Of a stretch of DNA of 64,000 nt, positions 48,751-62,246 are shown piece by piece. The notes under the pieces are model-generated. The model worked only from the letters and a program-made list of their open reading frames with translations. It searched no databases and had not been told where the DNA came from. The stretch is taken from the NCBI GenBank assembly GCA_010093995.1, contig ML992507.1, forward strand, positions 264,781-328,780. The letters are read 5' to 3'. Both the position numbers and the translations under genes were made by a program. Source of the DNA: Elsinoe ampelina. Taxonomy: Eukaryota. Every line of letters starts with the position of its first letter. Positions within the stretch are counted from its first letter, which is position 1.

Positions 48751-51700
48751 GATGGCTGAAAATGTCCGGGCTGCGTTCAGCACCTTGTCGGTCCAGGGTG
48801 ACGGGCAGTATTATTAGGTGGTGGCTAAGTATATTGTCAGAGTGCGACTGCGAGTTGCAAGAATGTTCAGCAGGCGCAGAAGTCTCTGTGTGAGGCGTGA
48901 GGCGTGAGGAAGCGTTCTGTCTGTCCAGGCCGTTGGATGGAAGCGACTGTTGGAAAGCTGGTTGCTAGAGCGAGTGACGGTGCAACAAATTATGGGTCTC
49001 CGAGCCTCAGCTGGCGGGTACAAAGGCTACTACGGCCGGCGGGGACATGTACGAACGGCGATAAGAGAGAAGAAAAAAATGTAGCGAATGTGTGGGTGAG
49101 TTGGGCGTGGTATGCAGAGCGTCGAGGTGTGAGGATGAGAGTGGTGGTGGAGAAAAGGCAAAGAAGTCGGACACAGGGGAGGCCGCGAGGAAAATCGAGC
49201 AGAACTTAGAGGCTCTGCGTCTTCTCTCTCGCTGCGAGGTGATGCGATGCAGGGCGGGAGCGGCAGCTAGAAGGGCCAGCGAACAGTGCGCGGCGCACGA
49301 GGGAGGGAAAGTAGGATACTGGGTAGAACGAGGGTGGAGATGATGTGGATGTGGGAAGGGGATGGATCATGGGTTATGGGTGAGAGGGAGAGCTCAGGCA
49401 CACACTTCCTCTTTCTCAGATGCACGCACGGCCAAGATCTGCCCTCTTTTCTGTTACCTGACGCCCAAGTCAGCTCTGGCAGAGACGAGACACATGTGGC
49501 CCGCCGTTCTCTGGTCTCTATCACGACAGCAGCGCTAGGTGTCCCGCCCACGCCTTCTAAGGTCTGCCATTCACGTCTCTGGCCTCTACTAGCCTGTGTC
49601 CTCCACCCTCCCTTAACTTACGGCTCACGCTCCACGGCTGGTCAACAGCGTCTGTGCTCTTCTCGGAGGGCAGGAGAGCCACATGTCTTCTGACTCTCAG
49701 CGGCGCCGTGTCAATCAATTTGGATGAGCCTCACTCAAGCGCCGGGAAAGACGCCCGGCGGCCTCGGGAGCTGAGCTAGCTGGCCATAAACTTTTGGACC
49801 TTGAAAACGGAGAGCCACGAGCAACCGTCAAGCTTCTGTTGCATCCCTCCACTTTTTGCCAGGACACACCGTTGGGCGCCCTGACTCGTTCATCTTGCTC
49901 CGACATGCAAATACGATCTTCTGTGTCCCCCTCTGTGATCAGCGGCGCAAGGGAACTGATCATCTCAGGAACGCGACAGGACCGCAGCGGAGACGGATGA
50001 CATTTTATCCATTTCACTCGACGTGCCCGTTCTATCCCATGCGGCTCGCCTCATTATCCCCGTCGTGCGTACCGTGCGAAGAGGTACTGTAGGTCTGTGA
50101 TGGATTTGAGACGACCGGGTCCGGAAACACAAGCTTGCTACGAGAGTGCGGGCTACAACAACGTCGTCCACAATCAACGGTCGCTTCATACTAACCAGGA
50201 TTGTCGTCTTCTGGCTCTCGCCCTACCGTGAGACATCCGGCAAACGGTGTGCATTGGGGCTGCTGTCCATGGTCTGACACTGGACTGATCGGCCCAGTCG
50301 CAGCGTTGGAGAGCAGCAGGTTTGTGCGGTCCTGCAGGTTTGACAGCTGCAGCAAACGCGCCTCGATCCATCTCGTCATGCTGCCTTTCCTTTTTCGTCG
50401 TCCGTATCTGTACGATAATCTGCACGCAGCTGATGAGTGCTCACCATGTCATCTTTCTCACCGCATGAACAGGATGCGATTGACAGACTCTAAATTTAGC
50501 TCCACGAGGGAAAGGAAGCAAGGGAAATTCCTGAGCTGCATGCTGGCGCCCCGTCCGCCTCGGCGTGTTGCGCTGTTGTGAGCGAATCGCCTGGCGGGAC
50601 TTCGGTCGGGAAAGGTCATGGTGCCCGTCGTCTGTTCAGCCATTATTTTGTGTAAAGATCATCGATCCGTACTCCTCCACAGTTCAAGCAACGGGTGGCT
50701 CATGTCCCTGTCTCGCTCATGATAGCCCTACCATCTGCATGCAGAGGAGCAGAGGATCAAGCAAGTATCTGCAACTGCGGGACACCGCTACTGTAGGTGT
50801 TCACACCATCCTTTTAGAAGATCTCGACGGGGATGATATCTAGCGCATCGACTAGCCCCAGCGTCGGGATCTTTGACCATCCAGTCGTCATTCGATCAAT
50901 GGCGGCACGCAAGCGCCATTGATTTCACAACATCATCTTGCTTTACCACCCATGATCTTTCAGATTCTGTGCATATGCAAGCTACTCGGGGCTGCATTTT
51001 CTTATGCATTGGCAAAAGGGGGCTGAATTGAGCCACACCTCGCTTGCAAGTCATGCATGAGGCCCTACAAGCAATCCAAGTGGGGATATTGTTGGTGTCG
51101 AGTCCAAGGGCTCTGTCCCGCAACTGCCGGAGGTCCCATGTCCGCTGTGGTTGTTATCGGCTTTGGGGTCGACACGTATCGCTGGATGTTTGTTGAGCTG
51201 ATGGAGTGCTTCAAGCTTCAGCCAAAATGTTTCACTCCAGTCTTTGCCGTTGCTTTTACCTGTTCCTAGCAGGGGGATTCTGTAAACTGGTCAGTGCTTC
51301 ACACTCCAGAGTTCACACCGTGGCTTGCTGTTCACGCCGGCCAACTCTCACGGAAGCTGCTAAGGCTTGACGGTAGCTATCCTAGACCGCATACGTGCTG
51401 GTACGGACACATCTGCGGGGTTGTTGAGTGTGTTGTCGAGTTCAGCCCATAATTTTGAATTCAGCCGGACCTGCAGTGCAACAGAGGAAGGAGATTTCAC
51501 CTTACCTGACGAACACCAGGCGCATGGTCAAGCAGCACGGCAGATCGACGGCACCATCTTTTGTAAAACCGAGCCCAGCACTCTGGCTCAGCTCCGTCAT
51601 CGGCAATCATCTTGATACACATCTTGGACTATTCTGCCCTCGGGGTGTTTGTTTGGTGTGTCGCATCATCATGGACATTCGTATTCGATATTGTGGCTCA

Positions 51701-53929
51701 CCATGCATCGACGACAACAAGATCATGATGCCGCGTGGGCCTTCAGGAGGTGATCGTCCCATGAAAGAGGCAAATGTACCACAGCACAGGTACCTTTATT
51801 CCAAGCCTGCTCTCTCGGTCCAGGTGCGGTACATTCGGCCAAAGGTCTCCACTTTAGGACCGCAGATCGTCCAACACGGCCCAGCGCACAGCTCTCGCGG
51901 GTTTTTCGGACACTCGTTGACCTGCTCTGCTCGCCTTCCTTGCCCGAGGCAGAATGCAAAGACTCTTGGTCATGCAGCGCACTGCTCGGCTTGATGCTGA
52001 CTGGACAGAAGGTTAGGGAGATGAACGTCGATCACTCAAGGTTAGCATGACCCGGGACGGCGATCTGCATTTCATCTATTTCGCGAGGTGATCATGATAG
52101 AGTAAGGAGACACCATCTTGGTTACGATAAGCCAGGCGTGGACGCCTTAGCCGGCTATACCGACAACGATGAGATTTATATTGCAGTACACGAGGGGAAA
52201 ACATGCTAGTCTAGTCACATGGCTGATGTAAATTGATCATTGCTGAAGCCATGCTCGTCGGTCGAAGGATGTTCAAGCTTCAAAGGAGCAAATTTGGAGG
52301 CGCGAACGATAAGATGGCCATGTGGTGCGTGGCAGATCCTCAACGTTGGCCCGAGATTGTTCCTGCAGCATTGCCGTATTCATCTCCTACCACAAGCAGG
52401 TGACAACCAAACATATCAGCTTCACCAACACGACGCCTGTTCAAAAGGGGCTTCGGACCGTATGCACGTGTGGGGCCGTGACCAGAGCGTAATGCATCAT
52501 GTCGAGGCAAGGAGGGTAACTTACCAAGCAAAATCTTCCAGCTCACCACTTTTGCTTCGTTCAACCGGAGATGATAATTGCAGCCAATCGCCCGAATCAC
52601 ACGAGCATGCAAGAGGTCCCGATGGTGCTGCCATGGGCACAAGATTTTCCCAAAACGGTCGCCGTATCTTCCCCTTTGGGCATCAGTGGAGAGTCTTGTC
52701 CTCGACTTCACCTCATCACGGACCACCACACTTGGCTCACCGTCTTCTCTTCAAAAGTTCAATCTGTCATGCTTGTCACCACATAACGGCGCGCCACACT
52801 CGCTTGTACGCCGTTGTGCTGTACCTGCATCATCCACAGGCACCATTTCATCCCGTCCTGTCAAGCTTGGCCATCAAACCACTGTACATTGTCGGCCGCG
52901 CCGAATGTCTAATGGATAGGAAAAGTGTCATGTGCATTACTTCGCAAGCCAGTCACCATGCAAGCGCCGGGGTGACAGACGATAACAAGCGTAAGTCCGA
53001 CGAATATGGTCATAGGCGCTTAGAACCTTCCCAGGTAAGCTTCACAACTGCTGGACCCTTCGTATCTCGACTTTTTTACAATCCTCCTTGTCTTGCATCT
53101 CGATGCTCGGGCCAAGGTACACCGATGTCAAGAGCTAGCCCTCGTCAAATCGCCGTCTATCATCCGCTGGTACGTTCCGGCGTAAGCCTCAGCGACCTGA
53201 TCTTGATCCTTCAGCGAGAGGAAGCTACGGGCACCTCCAACCGTTCCCATGTCTTGGTCTCCCACATCGCCAGAGCACCCAACGGCGTGAAACACCCTCC
53301 AGCATCACGCTGACCAGCTCCGCTTAGCCCACCCGGATACTCGCTCTCTCCTCCACGACCCAGCGCTAACCTCAAAATAGCAGACCGACACCCAGGCTCT
53401 CGGACGTGACAGTTAGACCTCCAGTCTCACCATGCCTCCGCCGCCGTTGACACCGCTGCACGTCCTAACAGTCCATTCGTTCAAGCAGGTCAGTCGTTGC
53501 GAGCACAACCCGTCAACCTTATCGCAGGGCTCTGTTCTTCGCGCCTCCCCGATCCCAGGCCGCCCATACGGCAGGCTGTTCGAGTCCATGTACCCAGCAA
53601 CGCAAGTGAAACAGCGAGAGAATTACTCTTGCAAGCTTATTCTCAAGCGAAGAGTGAAAGAAAATACGATACCAACGCCCGCTGCCGACGCCGGAATCTT
53701 CCAGGTAAGCATCAAGTCTATTCCCACGGCACGCTTCGCTTGACTCTACACATGCCCATCTCCAACCGTCTATGATCTAACCCAAGCCCTTGACCCGACC
53801 CGATACGCTACGGTCAACCCATAACCACGCCCCCACGCACATGCCGATCCCCGTTCGCACCATGCCGTATACACTCGGCCACGCCGATCCTACGCCCGTC
53901 ACTCTCGACATCCAGACCTCGTCCTAGTG

Positions 53930-55188
53930 CTAGTCCACCAACGCCTCCGAAATCTCAACCACCACCCTCTTGGCCCCCGCGTCCCACCGCTTCATCACAA
54001 CGCTCCGCATGTCTCGCACGATCCAGTCCGCGCCTGCCTCGCGCAGTTGCGGGATTTCATGGCTCGTCGCGAGGGCTACGACTTTGAAGCCTGCTGCTTT
54101 GCCGGCGCGGATGCCGCTGGGGGCGTCTTCGAGGACGAGGATGTCTCTGCCTTTGTCTGTACCCTTGGATATTGTGTTGTTGGTGGTGCCGTTTGCGACG
54201 CTTGAGGTGGCCGGGGAAGGGGAAGGGGAAGGGAAAGTGATGCCCAATCGTTCTGCGCCGAGGAGGTAAGCTGCTGGATCGGGCTTGCCCTTTTCTACTT
54301 GCTCTGCTGTAATGAGGTTGCGGGGTTGCGCGAGCTTCATGACGTCGATCCAGCCTTGCACTAGGGGTCGGGTGCCTGAGGTGACGATCGCCCAGGGGAC
54401 GGAGGCGGCTTCGAGGGAGGAGAGAAGGGCGCGGGCGCCGGGGATCTCGACGGCGTCGGAACCGTGCTGGAGGGGGACGAGGCCTTCGGCTTTGCAGATG
54501 TCTGGCTGGCAAATTAGTAAGTGTTCGATGTGGATACGGTCGGGACGTGAATTCAAAAGATCAAGTCTGGGAGGTGAGCGTTGGCTTGTGAAGTGTGTGG
54601 CTGGTGAGCCCCGGAGAGTATTGTCAGGGGTCGCAACTAGGAAGTCGAAGTATAAGTCGTCACCTGGTATTCGTACTCTTGGTCATGCACTGTCGTCCCA
54701 CAGACACCGGTAGGTGACATGGCAAGGGTGAAGGAGCAAGACTCACAATCCCAATTCGCCAAATGTGGCGCCAATATCGCTAGAGTATCTATCGATCTCC
54801 GGCCGTGTGATGTGGCGAGGATAGTAGCAGGGTCAACGCCAATCTCTGCGCCTATACCGGCCCAGTACTTCTCTATCGCTGGCGTAGAGTCGATGATTGT
54901 GCCATCCATGTCGAAGAGCTGGTAGGTATCAGCATTGATACTGCTAGGTACAGCGATATACAGAAGCTGGAGACGAGTAATACAACGTATAACGAAGAGG
55001 CTGGATCAAATAGAGCAGAGAATGCTTCTCGGTAAGGGGGTTACGGAGATAGGGAAAGGGGCTTTGTCTTGTAGTGGGATGTCATATTGATGAGGACAAA
55101 GAAAGGGCAGAAGAAGCCAACGTACCAAAGCTTGGAAGCTGTGCTCCTCCGGCGGTGCAGTGAAGGAAGCTTTAGAAAGATCTGGCAT
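53930..55188 (-). CDS. GPP1: HAD-family glycerol-3-phosphate phosphatase (Gpp1/Rhr2-like), 3 exons
   Basis: FQAL|LFDMDGTIIDSTPAIEKYW, SHGRRSID, EIPGA, WAIVTSGT, GKPDP, LVLEDAPSGIRAGKAAG; introns ~54919-55125 and ~54502-54746. Confidence 0.9.
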
Positions 55189-55720
55189 TTTGATACACTT
55201 ATGATGTGAAAGCTATGCTTGGACACTGAATTGTTGGAGATTCAGTCGCCGTTCGGAACGAAGTCTGCTATATCCACTTTATATGTCAAGACTTGTGACG
55301 AGACGCCTTGACTATGCTAGAAAAGAACATCCGTGATCGCTAACAATCCGATATTTTGAAAGGTTCTAAGATTTGGTTAGAGAGATACCCAACCTGTTGT
55401 TGATGAAATTCTTGCACGTCGGTTGAAGCCCAAAGAGGAAATCCCGACGGGGCTCAATGTTCTGCTGGAGCTCGTATTTGCTTTGGCCATTGACCACAAT
55501 ATCCAACAACATTCATCGTCACTGGGCATATATAATTGGAATTCAATGATTGATGTCGCGATCTCTTTGATATATGCGAAATAATGTACGCAACCGAGGT
55601 AGCGAGGAAAGTCGCCGACGAGGATAGACCGGTCGACATCGCTTTCTTTGCACCTCCTTGATTAGACCGCGACACGGTCTTCACCTGACAGATCTGGAGG
55701 TCAGCATCCGTGCTGAAAGT

Positions 55721-55898
55721 CCCCTGTTGAGCTAGCAGAGTAATGTCCGAAGCAAATTAAGGCAAAGATGCATCACCGTAGCACACTTTGCTAGCCCCCT
55801 CATTGAACGCCACGTCTTCAGCTGAGCTGCATTTTTGTGTTGCACAAGGGGCTGTGCCTTCTTCTGGTAGTATTCCATGCCATGCGGACATCTCCCCT
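55721..55898. promoter_or_regulatory. Cluster of four STRE-like CCCCT/AGGGG elements in the GPP1/DUF3176 divergent promoter
   Basis: CCCCT at 55721, 55796 and 55894; AGGGG at 55847. Fits stress regulation of glycerol phosphatases, but the motif is short. Confidence 0.3.
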
Positions 55899-55954
55899 CA
55901 CACTGACCAGGAGCGCGTTTAAATAAAACACTTCACTTTTGAACAGCGACCACA

Positions 55955-58415
55955 ATGACTAACGCGACAGCTGGGGGAAGCGACTACCACAGAGTCCCTG
56001 GAACAGATGCAGATGACGAGCTGCCATTAGGACAACAAGCTCTAAGCCGAAGACAATCCGATGTCTCGAATCCCTCACGGTCTCCCACCGTGTCTCTCAT
56101 GAACATTCATGAGACAAGCACTTCCGCTTCTCTGTCACAAGCAGATCCACAGCAGGAGAAGCCAGATACACATGGCGGGACGCCGCAGTCAGCTACATAC
56201 CTTACTTCGAGGGGAGATCTGCGATTATCATGGTTTCAGCGTCGACAGTACTGGGCCAGTCGGCAATGGTTCTACGAGATTACAGCCTGCGTGCTCACAG
56301 CACTGTCTCTTGTCGGTATTGCTACTCTGTTAGCTGTCTATGATCGCAGACCTACTCCTGAATGGCCCCGTATAATCACCATCAACTCTGCCATATCCAT
56401 CCTGACTACTATCTTGAAGGGATCCATGATGTTCACGGTATCGAGTGGTAAGATGGACACAGATGCTTGCGACAAAGACGACGCTGAACCTTGATAGGAC
56501 TATCCCAACTGAAATGGACATGGTTTCTTGAACCAAGGAGATTAGATACCCTCAGTATGTTTGATGAAGCTAGCAGAGGACCGTGGGGAGCAACCATATT
56601 TCTCTTCGGTCGTGTCAAAAGGTGAGAACATGATACATCACTAGTAGGAATATGCTCTGACCTCACCTTAGCGTGATAGCCTTGGCTGGCGCGCTCATCA
56701 CCATCGTAGCCGTCGCCATTGATCCTTTCGCTCAACAAGTGGTCGTCTATGAATTGTGCCCACAAACGGATGCGGCGAGCGGTGCTCTCCTGACAAGGGC
56801 ACAAGGCTTTGACAGCATACCGGCAGACTTCTCACAGATCCTTCAGAGATCGCTCGTCTCTAATCTCTACCGTCTGAACGACGCACTGTTACCGCAGATC
56901 AATATATCGTGCTCGAGTGGGAACTGCACCTTTGATGGAAGAGATGGACATTACTCTTACCTCGGTATCTCACACTGGTGCGAAGACATCACAAGTACAA
57001 TTGTCAATACCTCGACATGGGCCGTGGATGAAGTTTCTGGACCCTACACCTACAACAATTATAGCTTGCCCGGGTCATCTTTGAATATCGTCACGCCATT
57101 GTGGAAGGACATTCGTGCCTTCGACGTTGGACAGAAAACTTATGCGGATCTCAATATCTCCTTCTTCACCTTCGAAGCCATATTCTTCACTCGCACCCCT
57201 ACTCAGACTCAGCTCTACGATGTCCCGGTGATTCCTGAAATGCGAAATATCACCAATGAAACTGTGGCTGAACTGTATTACCGCAGGCCGGAGGAACCTA
57301 TGGCTATTCAATGCGGCTTTCGTCCAACAATCAAGACGGTCAATGTTACCGTGAACTCGAATCGACTGACTCAGCATGAAACGTCCGTGGAGCACCTCCA
57401 GCTTACTGACAGGGGAGCTGGTACCGCACGCGGGTTTACCATCGATCCGTCATATATCGTTGTGAACGGCTCGTTGATACTACCAGGGCCACCAATCGAC
57501 AGTAGCGGTACCTCGATCGGGAACGTGCTCGTCAAAGATACCGTCTCGACAGCACGACGCCATAGGAAATCTGTCAGGGAGTCGTCGTGGAGACCAATGC
57601 AGCCTGAAGCCGGGATCATCATAGATGACTACGGCTACACTTACATGAAGTCTGTTGAACGCGTACTCAAGTCTGGCCAATGGAAGAATTGCACCATCTC
57701 CAAGACGGAACCCGACGAAGTACATAGCGTGCCTGTGTCGAAAGAAGGCAGCTACGCGGATATCGATAATCCCACGGACTGGACATTCTACGAGCCAGAG
57801 TGCTTCTTCTACATGGACATCGCTGCAGACAGAGACATCACCCCTTATTTAAGGTCACTCCTATTGCCCGACGTCCAGATTAAGATTCCCGCAACACTGC
57901 CGGATCCTAGGAAAAATCAATACAATTGGGTAGTCGAACCGAGCATCAGTAACATGCACCTTCTGCCACTTTGGAATAGCGGAAATGCAACCATGGCGAG
58001 TGTCAACCAATACGCCCAACGCCTGGCGGATACCATCACTGCCGTGATGATCAGCACATCAAACTCTTCGAAACCGGGCAATGAACCCGCCGTTGGGATC
58101 ACAAGTGTGTACAAGACATGCGCAATCGTCACGTGGTACTGGTTACTACTGCCCGCGATACTGGCCGTCGTGACCGTGGTCTTCTTGGTAGTGGTCATTG
58201 TTCAATCAGGCCGACAAATGACACATCCAGATTGGCCGGGTCTGCTCAGGACTTCTCAAACTGCACTATTGATGTACGATACCACAGACAAGAGTTTCGG
58301 GAGCTACGCAGGACCTAAGGATCAAGTGGTGGTAGAGGCTGCTGCTGAGAAGGTCATCACGACTTTGAGGAGAAGGAAGGTATCGGCAGACACGGCGATT
58401 CCAACACTCCCGTGA
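55955..58415 (+). CDS. DUF3176-type membrane protein, 3 exons
   Basis: WFYEI..LLAVYD..ITINSAISIL..|GLSQLKWTWF..MFDEASRGPWGA..|GALITIVAVAIDPFAQQVV; CSSGNCTF; C-terminal VTWYWLLLPAILAVVTVVFLVVVI; introns ~56448-56497 and ~56622-56671. Confidence 0.85.
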
Positions 58416-58801
58416 GACTGGAGCAATCTGCTTACAAAGCTAGAAGGACTCGATCGAGTCTTGAATGCAAGGGTCATTTTGGGATCAGCATTGTTGTGCT
58501 GAAATGCGATCGTCCCTGTATCTCGAGCGGAGGATCATTCTTGGCGAACTCTTCGACATTGTATCATATTCACGCTAACGAACGCCATGATGATAATGTA
58601 CTTTGATCTTTGACATGCTCTTGTTCATGCATGATCGATCTCATGCCCCTGGCATGGAGTAGATCCATAGTAGATCCATGCTTAAAGCCGATATATCCAT
58701 TTCGAGGCGGTGAGGACGAAATTATTCTGCCGACTTCCCACCTTCTCCCGCCGCTGAGCAACGCCGTCGGCCATGTTGATCACAACACCACATCGTTAAA
58801 C

Positions 58802-60490
58802 ATGAAGGTTGGAAGTGAGTTCCAATATACCGATAGTATATGAACTTGGCTAACCAGAGCAGAACCTCAATCAAAACGCACGCCCGTGCGATTACGGCAT
58901 AAGATTCAAAAGGCTTCGGCAGCGAAGCAGAAAAAAGCGAGAAAGGATGCCAAAAAGGTAGATGAGGTCTGCGCAAAGTCGTTCCAGCATCACTAATACC
59001 TTCAGAACCCAGAATGGCGCTCTCGATTAAAGAAGGACCCTGGCATCCCCAACCTCTTCCCTTTCAAGAACAAATTGCTCGAAGAGATCGAGGAGTCGAA
59101 GCGACAGAAGGAAGCCGAGAAGTTGCGGCGACAAGAGCTTGCGAAGGCGCAGAGGCAAGGGCTGACAGTAGAGGCTAATGCGGCTGAGACGGCCGAGGTT
59201 GAAGAGGAGGACGAGGAGCTTTTGGATCTAGCTGACGAGGATGGGGATGAGATGATTGACGATGGCGACGACTCAAATCCGATGGCCGCTCTACTGGCTT
59301 CAGCGCGGGCCCGAGCCGCCGAATATGAGCAGGAGGCCTCTGGTGACGAGATGGACGAGGACGAGTGGTCGGGTCTGGACGAAGAGGAGGATGAAACCAC
59401 AGTGGCGCCGAAGAAGGACTCTTCGCGGAAAGCTTTCGACAAGGCTTTCAAAACCGTCATCGAGTCTTCCGATGTGGTGCTCTACGTACTGGATGCTCGG
59501 GATCCTGATGGCACACGATCACGAGAGGTGGAGCGGCAGATCATGTCCGCAGCATCAGGGAGCAAACGTCTGATCCTGGTTCTGAACAAGATCGATCTCA
59601 TTCCCTCGCCGATCTTGAAGGACTGGTTACGGCACCTCCGCCGCTCATTTCCGACGATTCCTCTTCGCGCCTCTACTCCATCCTCCAATGCCCGCACATT
59701 CGATCACAAGGCTTTAACAGTGAAAGGCACATCAGAGACGCTCTTCCGCGCCCTAAAGACCTACGCTCACGCATCGTCCCTCAAGCGTGCCATCACTGTT
59801 GGTGTGATAGGCTACCCGAACGTGGGCAAATCCTCGGTCATCAATGCACTCACATCTCGGCTTGGCAACCAGAAGACTTCGTGTCCGGTCGGAGCAGAAG
59901 CTGGAGTCACCACATCTCTGCGGGAAGTCAAGATTGACAACAAACTCAAGCTCATTGACAGCCCCGGAATTGTCTTCCCTTCAGCCTCATCTTCATCAAA
60001 AGTCAGTGATACGTTGTCCAACGTGGCGAACGGGTCAGACAAACATGCCGAGGACAAAGCTCGACTGATTCTGCTCAATGCCGTCCCACCAAAGGAGATC
60101 GAGGACCCAATACCGGCAGTGACTTTACTCTTGAGGAGACTTGGCTCTACACAAGAAGGAATGCAGAAGCTACTGGATGTTTACGGACTTCCACCCCTGA
60201 TGAGCAAGGATGGTTACTACACAACCGACTTCCTTGTTCAAGTGGCGAGGAAGCGTGGCAGGCTCGGCAAGGGAGGCGTGCCGAACATCTATGCGGCAGG
60301 CATGACTGTAGTGACGGACTGGTGGGCAGGTCGGGTGCAAGGATGGGTTGAGCCGCCAAAGGATGGCGAGAGCAGCAGTGGTGTCGGTGATCAGAAGGAG
60401 GTGGTGAAAGAGTGGAGCAAGGAGTTCAAGCTAGAAGGTCTCTGGGGTGACGATGAAGTCAAGGAGGTGGAGATGGAGGTGGAGAAGTAG
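58802..60490 (+). CDS. NUG1: Nuclear circularly permuted GTPase Nug1/GNL3, 3 exons
   Basis: MKVG|KPQSKRTPVRLRHKIQK..|NPEWRSRLKKDPGIPNLFPFK; DVVLYVLDARDP, NKID before GYPNVGKSS and DSPG; ARKRGRLGKGG. Confidence 0.93.
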
Positions 60491-61030
60491 TGTACACCAG
60501 AGGATGTGTGCCAAAGGAATGATCTCACATGATACTCTGGGATTCGAGGGGAAATGGCAAAAGTAGATATTAGCATACTGATACCCTTCAACAAGCTCGT
60601 TAACGACCATATCCTCATGATATTTTCTCCAGCATGTTTCGTACCAATTCAGCAGTCTTGGGACACATTTCTGTGTTTCCAGATATACCTGAACAGTCAT
60701 GAGCATTTCAGACCATCCCGTTCGGCTTCGGAAATGCCAAGACCGATGCTTGTGAAGCTCGAGGTCGACTTCACCTGCCATCTCATCGTCCTCGAATTGA
60801 TGCGCCCAAGTTGACGACTGCTTTTTCCGAGCTCAGAATCAAGTGGTACATTTTGTGGCAATCCAGCTGTACCTTTGCGATCACGTCGAGCCCATTCGTG
60901 TCGACCACGATATTCAATCGGTCCCGCAACATCACCGCTGCCTGGACATCCAACACTACATCAGGAGCAGCACATTGCTCCTGGACAATTGTAGAATCCC
61001 CCTCGCTGACATCCGAATTGCGCGAACACT

Positions 61031-62246
61031 ATGTCATATTTCTTCTCCACACCAGTCGACATCGACATTGTATTAGAAGATACAGATGAGCGGCCGACGG
61101 TAGATGTGAAACTGGACAAGAACAGGCGGGAGAAGGCACCACTGTATCTGGATGGAGAGAGCGTGAAGGGCGCAGTCACAGTCCGGCCGAAAGATGGGAA
61201 GAGACTCGAGCACACGGGGATCAAGGTGCAATTTGTCGGGACGATTGGTAGGTTGTTTTCTTTCCAAGAGGCTCGAGGATGTTGGAAGGACTTGGAGTCA
61301 ATTGGACAGCAAGCACCGGCTAGCAAGACGATTGTCAAGCCAGAGGACGATCAAGGCTGCTTTGCCAGCGACTCCTGCAGACACAACAAGTCGATCAAGA
61401 CCCCAAGCTAACCCCCCCATCCAGAAATGTTCTACGACCGCACCGCCTCCCACGAATTCCTCTCCCTGCAAACCGAGCTCGCCGCCCCGGGCGAACTCCA
61501 ACACCCACACACCTTCCCCTTCCACTTCAAAAACGTCGAAAAGCCCTACGAATCCTACTCGGGCATCAACGTCCGGCTCCGCTACTTCCTCCGCGTGACC
61601 GTCTCCCGACGCATGGCGGACGTGATCCGCGAAAAGGACCTCTGGGTATACTCCTACCGCATGCCGCCGGAGACCAACAGCGTGATCAAAATGGACGTGG
61701 GTATCGAGGACTGTCTGCACATCGAGTTTGAGTACAGCAAGAGTAAATACCATCTCAAGGATGTGATTGTGGGGAGGATTTATTTCTTGTTGGTGAGGCT
61801 GAAGATTAAGCACATGGAGTTGAGTATCATACGCAGGGAAACGTGTGGGGCGCCGCCGGGGCAGTATAATGAGAGTGAGACGTTGGTGAGGTTTGAGGTA
61901 CGTTTTCTCCGCATCACTTTTATCCGTTCCCCTGCTTCCTCCAGCTCCTTCCCCCTGGCCTTGCCCCCTCCTTCCCATCGGCAACTGACTCGGGCAATAG
62001 ATCATGGACGGCTCCCCCTCCCGCGGCGAGACGATTCCCATCCGCTTGTTCCTGGGCGGCTTCGACCTCACGCCTACATTCCGCGAGGTCAACAAGAAGT
62101 TCAGCACGAGATACTACCTCAGTCTGGTGCTCATCGATGAGGACGCGAGGCGGTATTTCAAGCAGAGCGAAATTGTGCTCTTCAGGCAGGCGCCTGAGGG
62201 GCATGAGTTGGCGCAGAAGCAGGCGAGGGAGATTGCGCAGAGCTGA
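61031..62246 (+). CDS. VPS26: Retromer subunit Vps26, 3 exons
   Basis: GESVKGAVTVRPKDGKRLEHTGIK, VEKPYESYSGINVRLRYFL, IKMDVGIEDCLHIEFEY, FE|IMDGSPSRGETIPIRLFL, RRYFKQSEI; introns ~61248-61424 and ~61898-62000. Confidence 0.96.

Noticed and set aside
52009..52020. GGTTAGGG, considered as a telomerase RNA template or telomeric seed in the long intergenic region
   Set aside because: Only 8 nt and not the TAACCCTAA permutation expected for filamentous ascomycete TER; chance-level match.
54502..55125. Two longer (~200-245 nt) GPP1 introns as snoRNA hosts or nested introns
   Set aside because: No C/D or H/ACA boxes and no internal donor reconstituting a split splice site could be identified.
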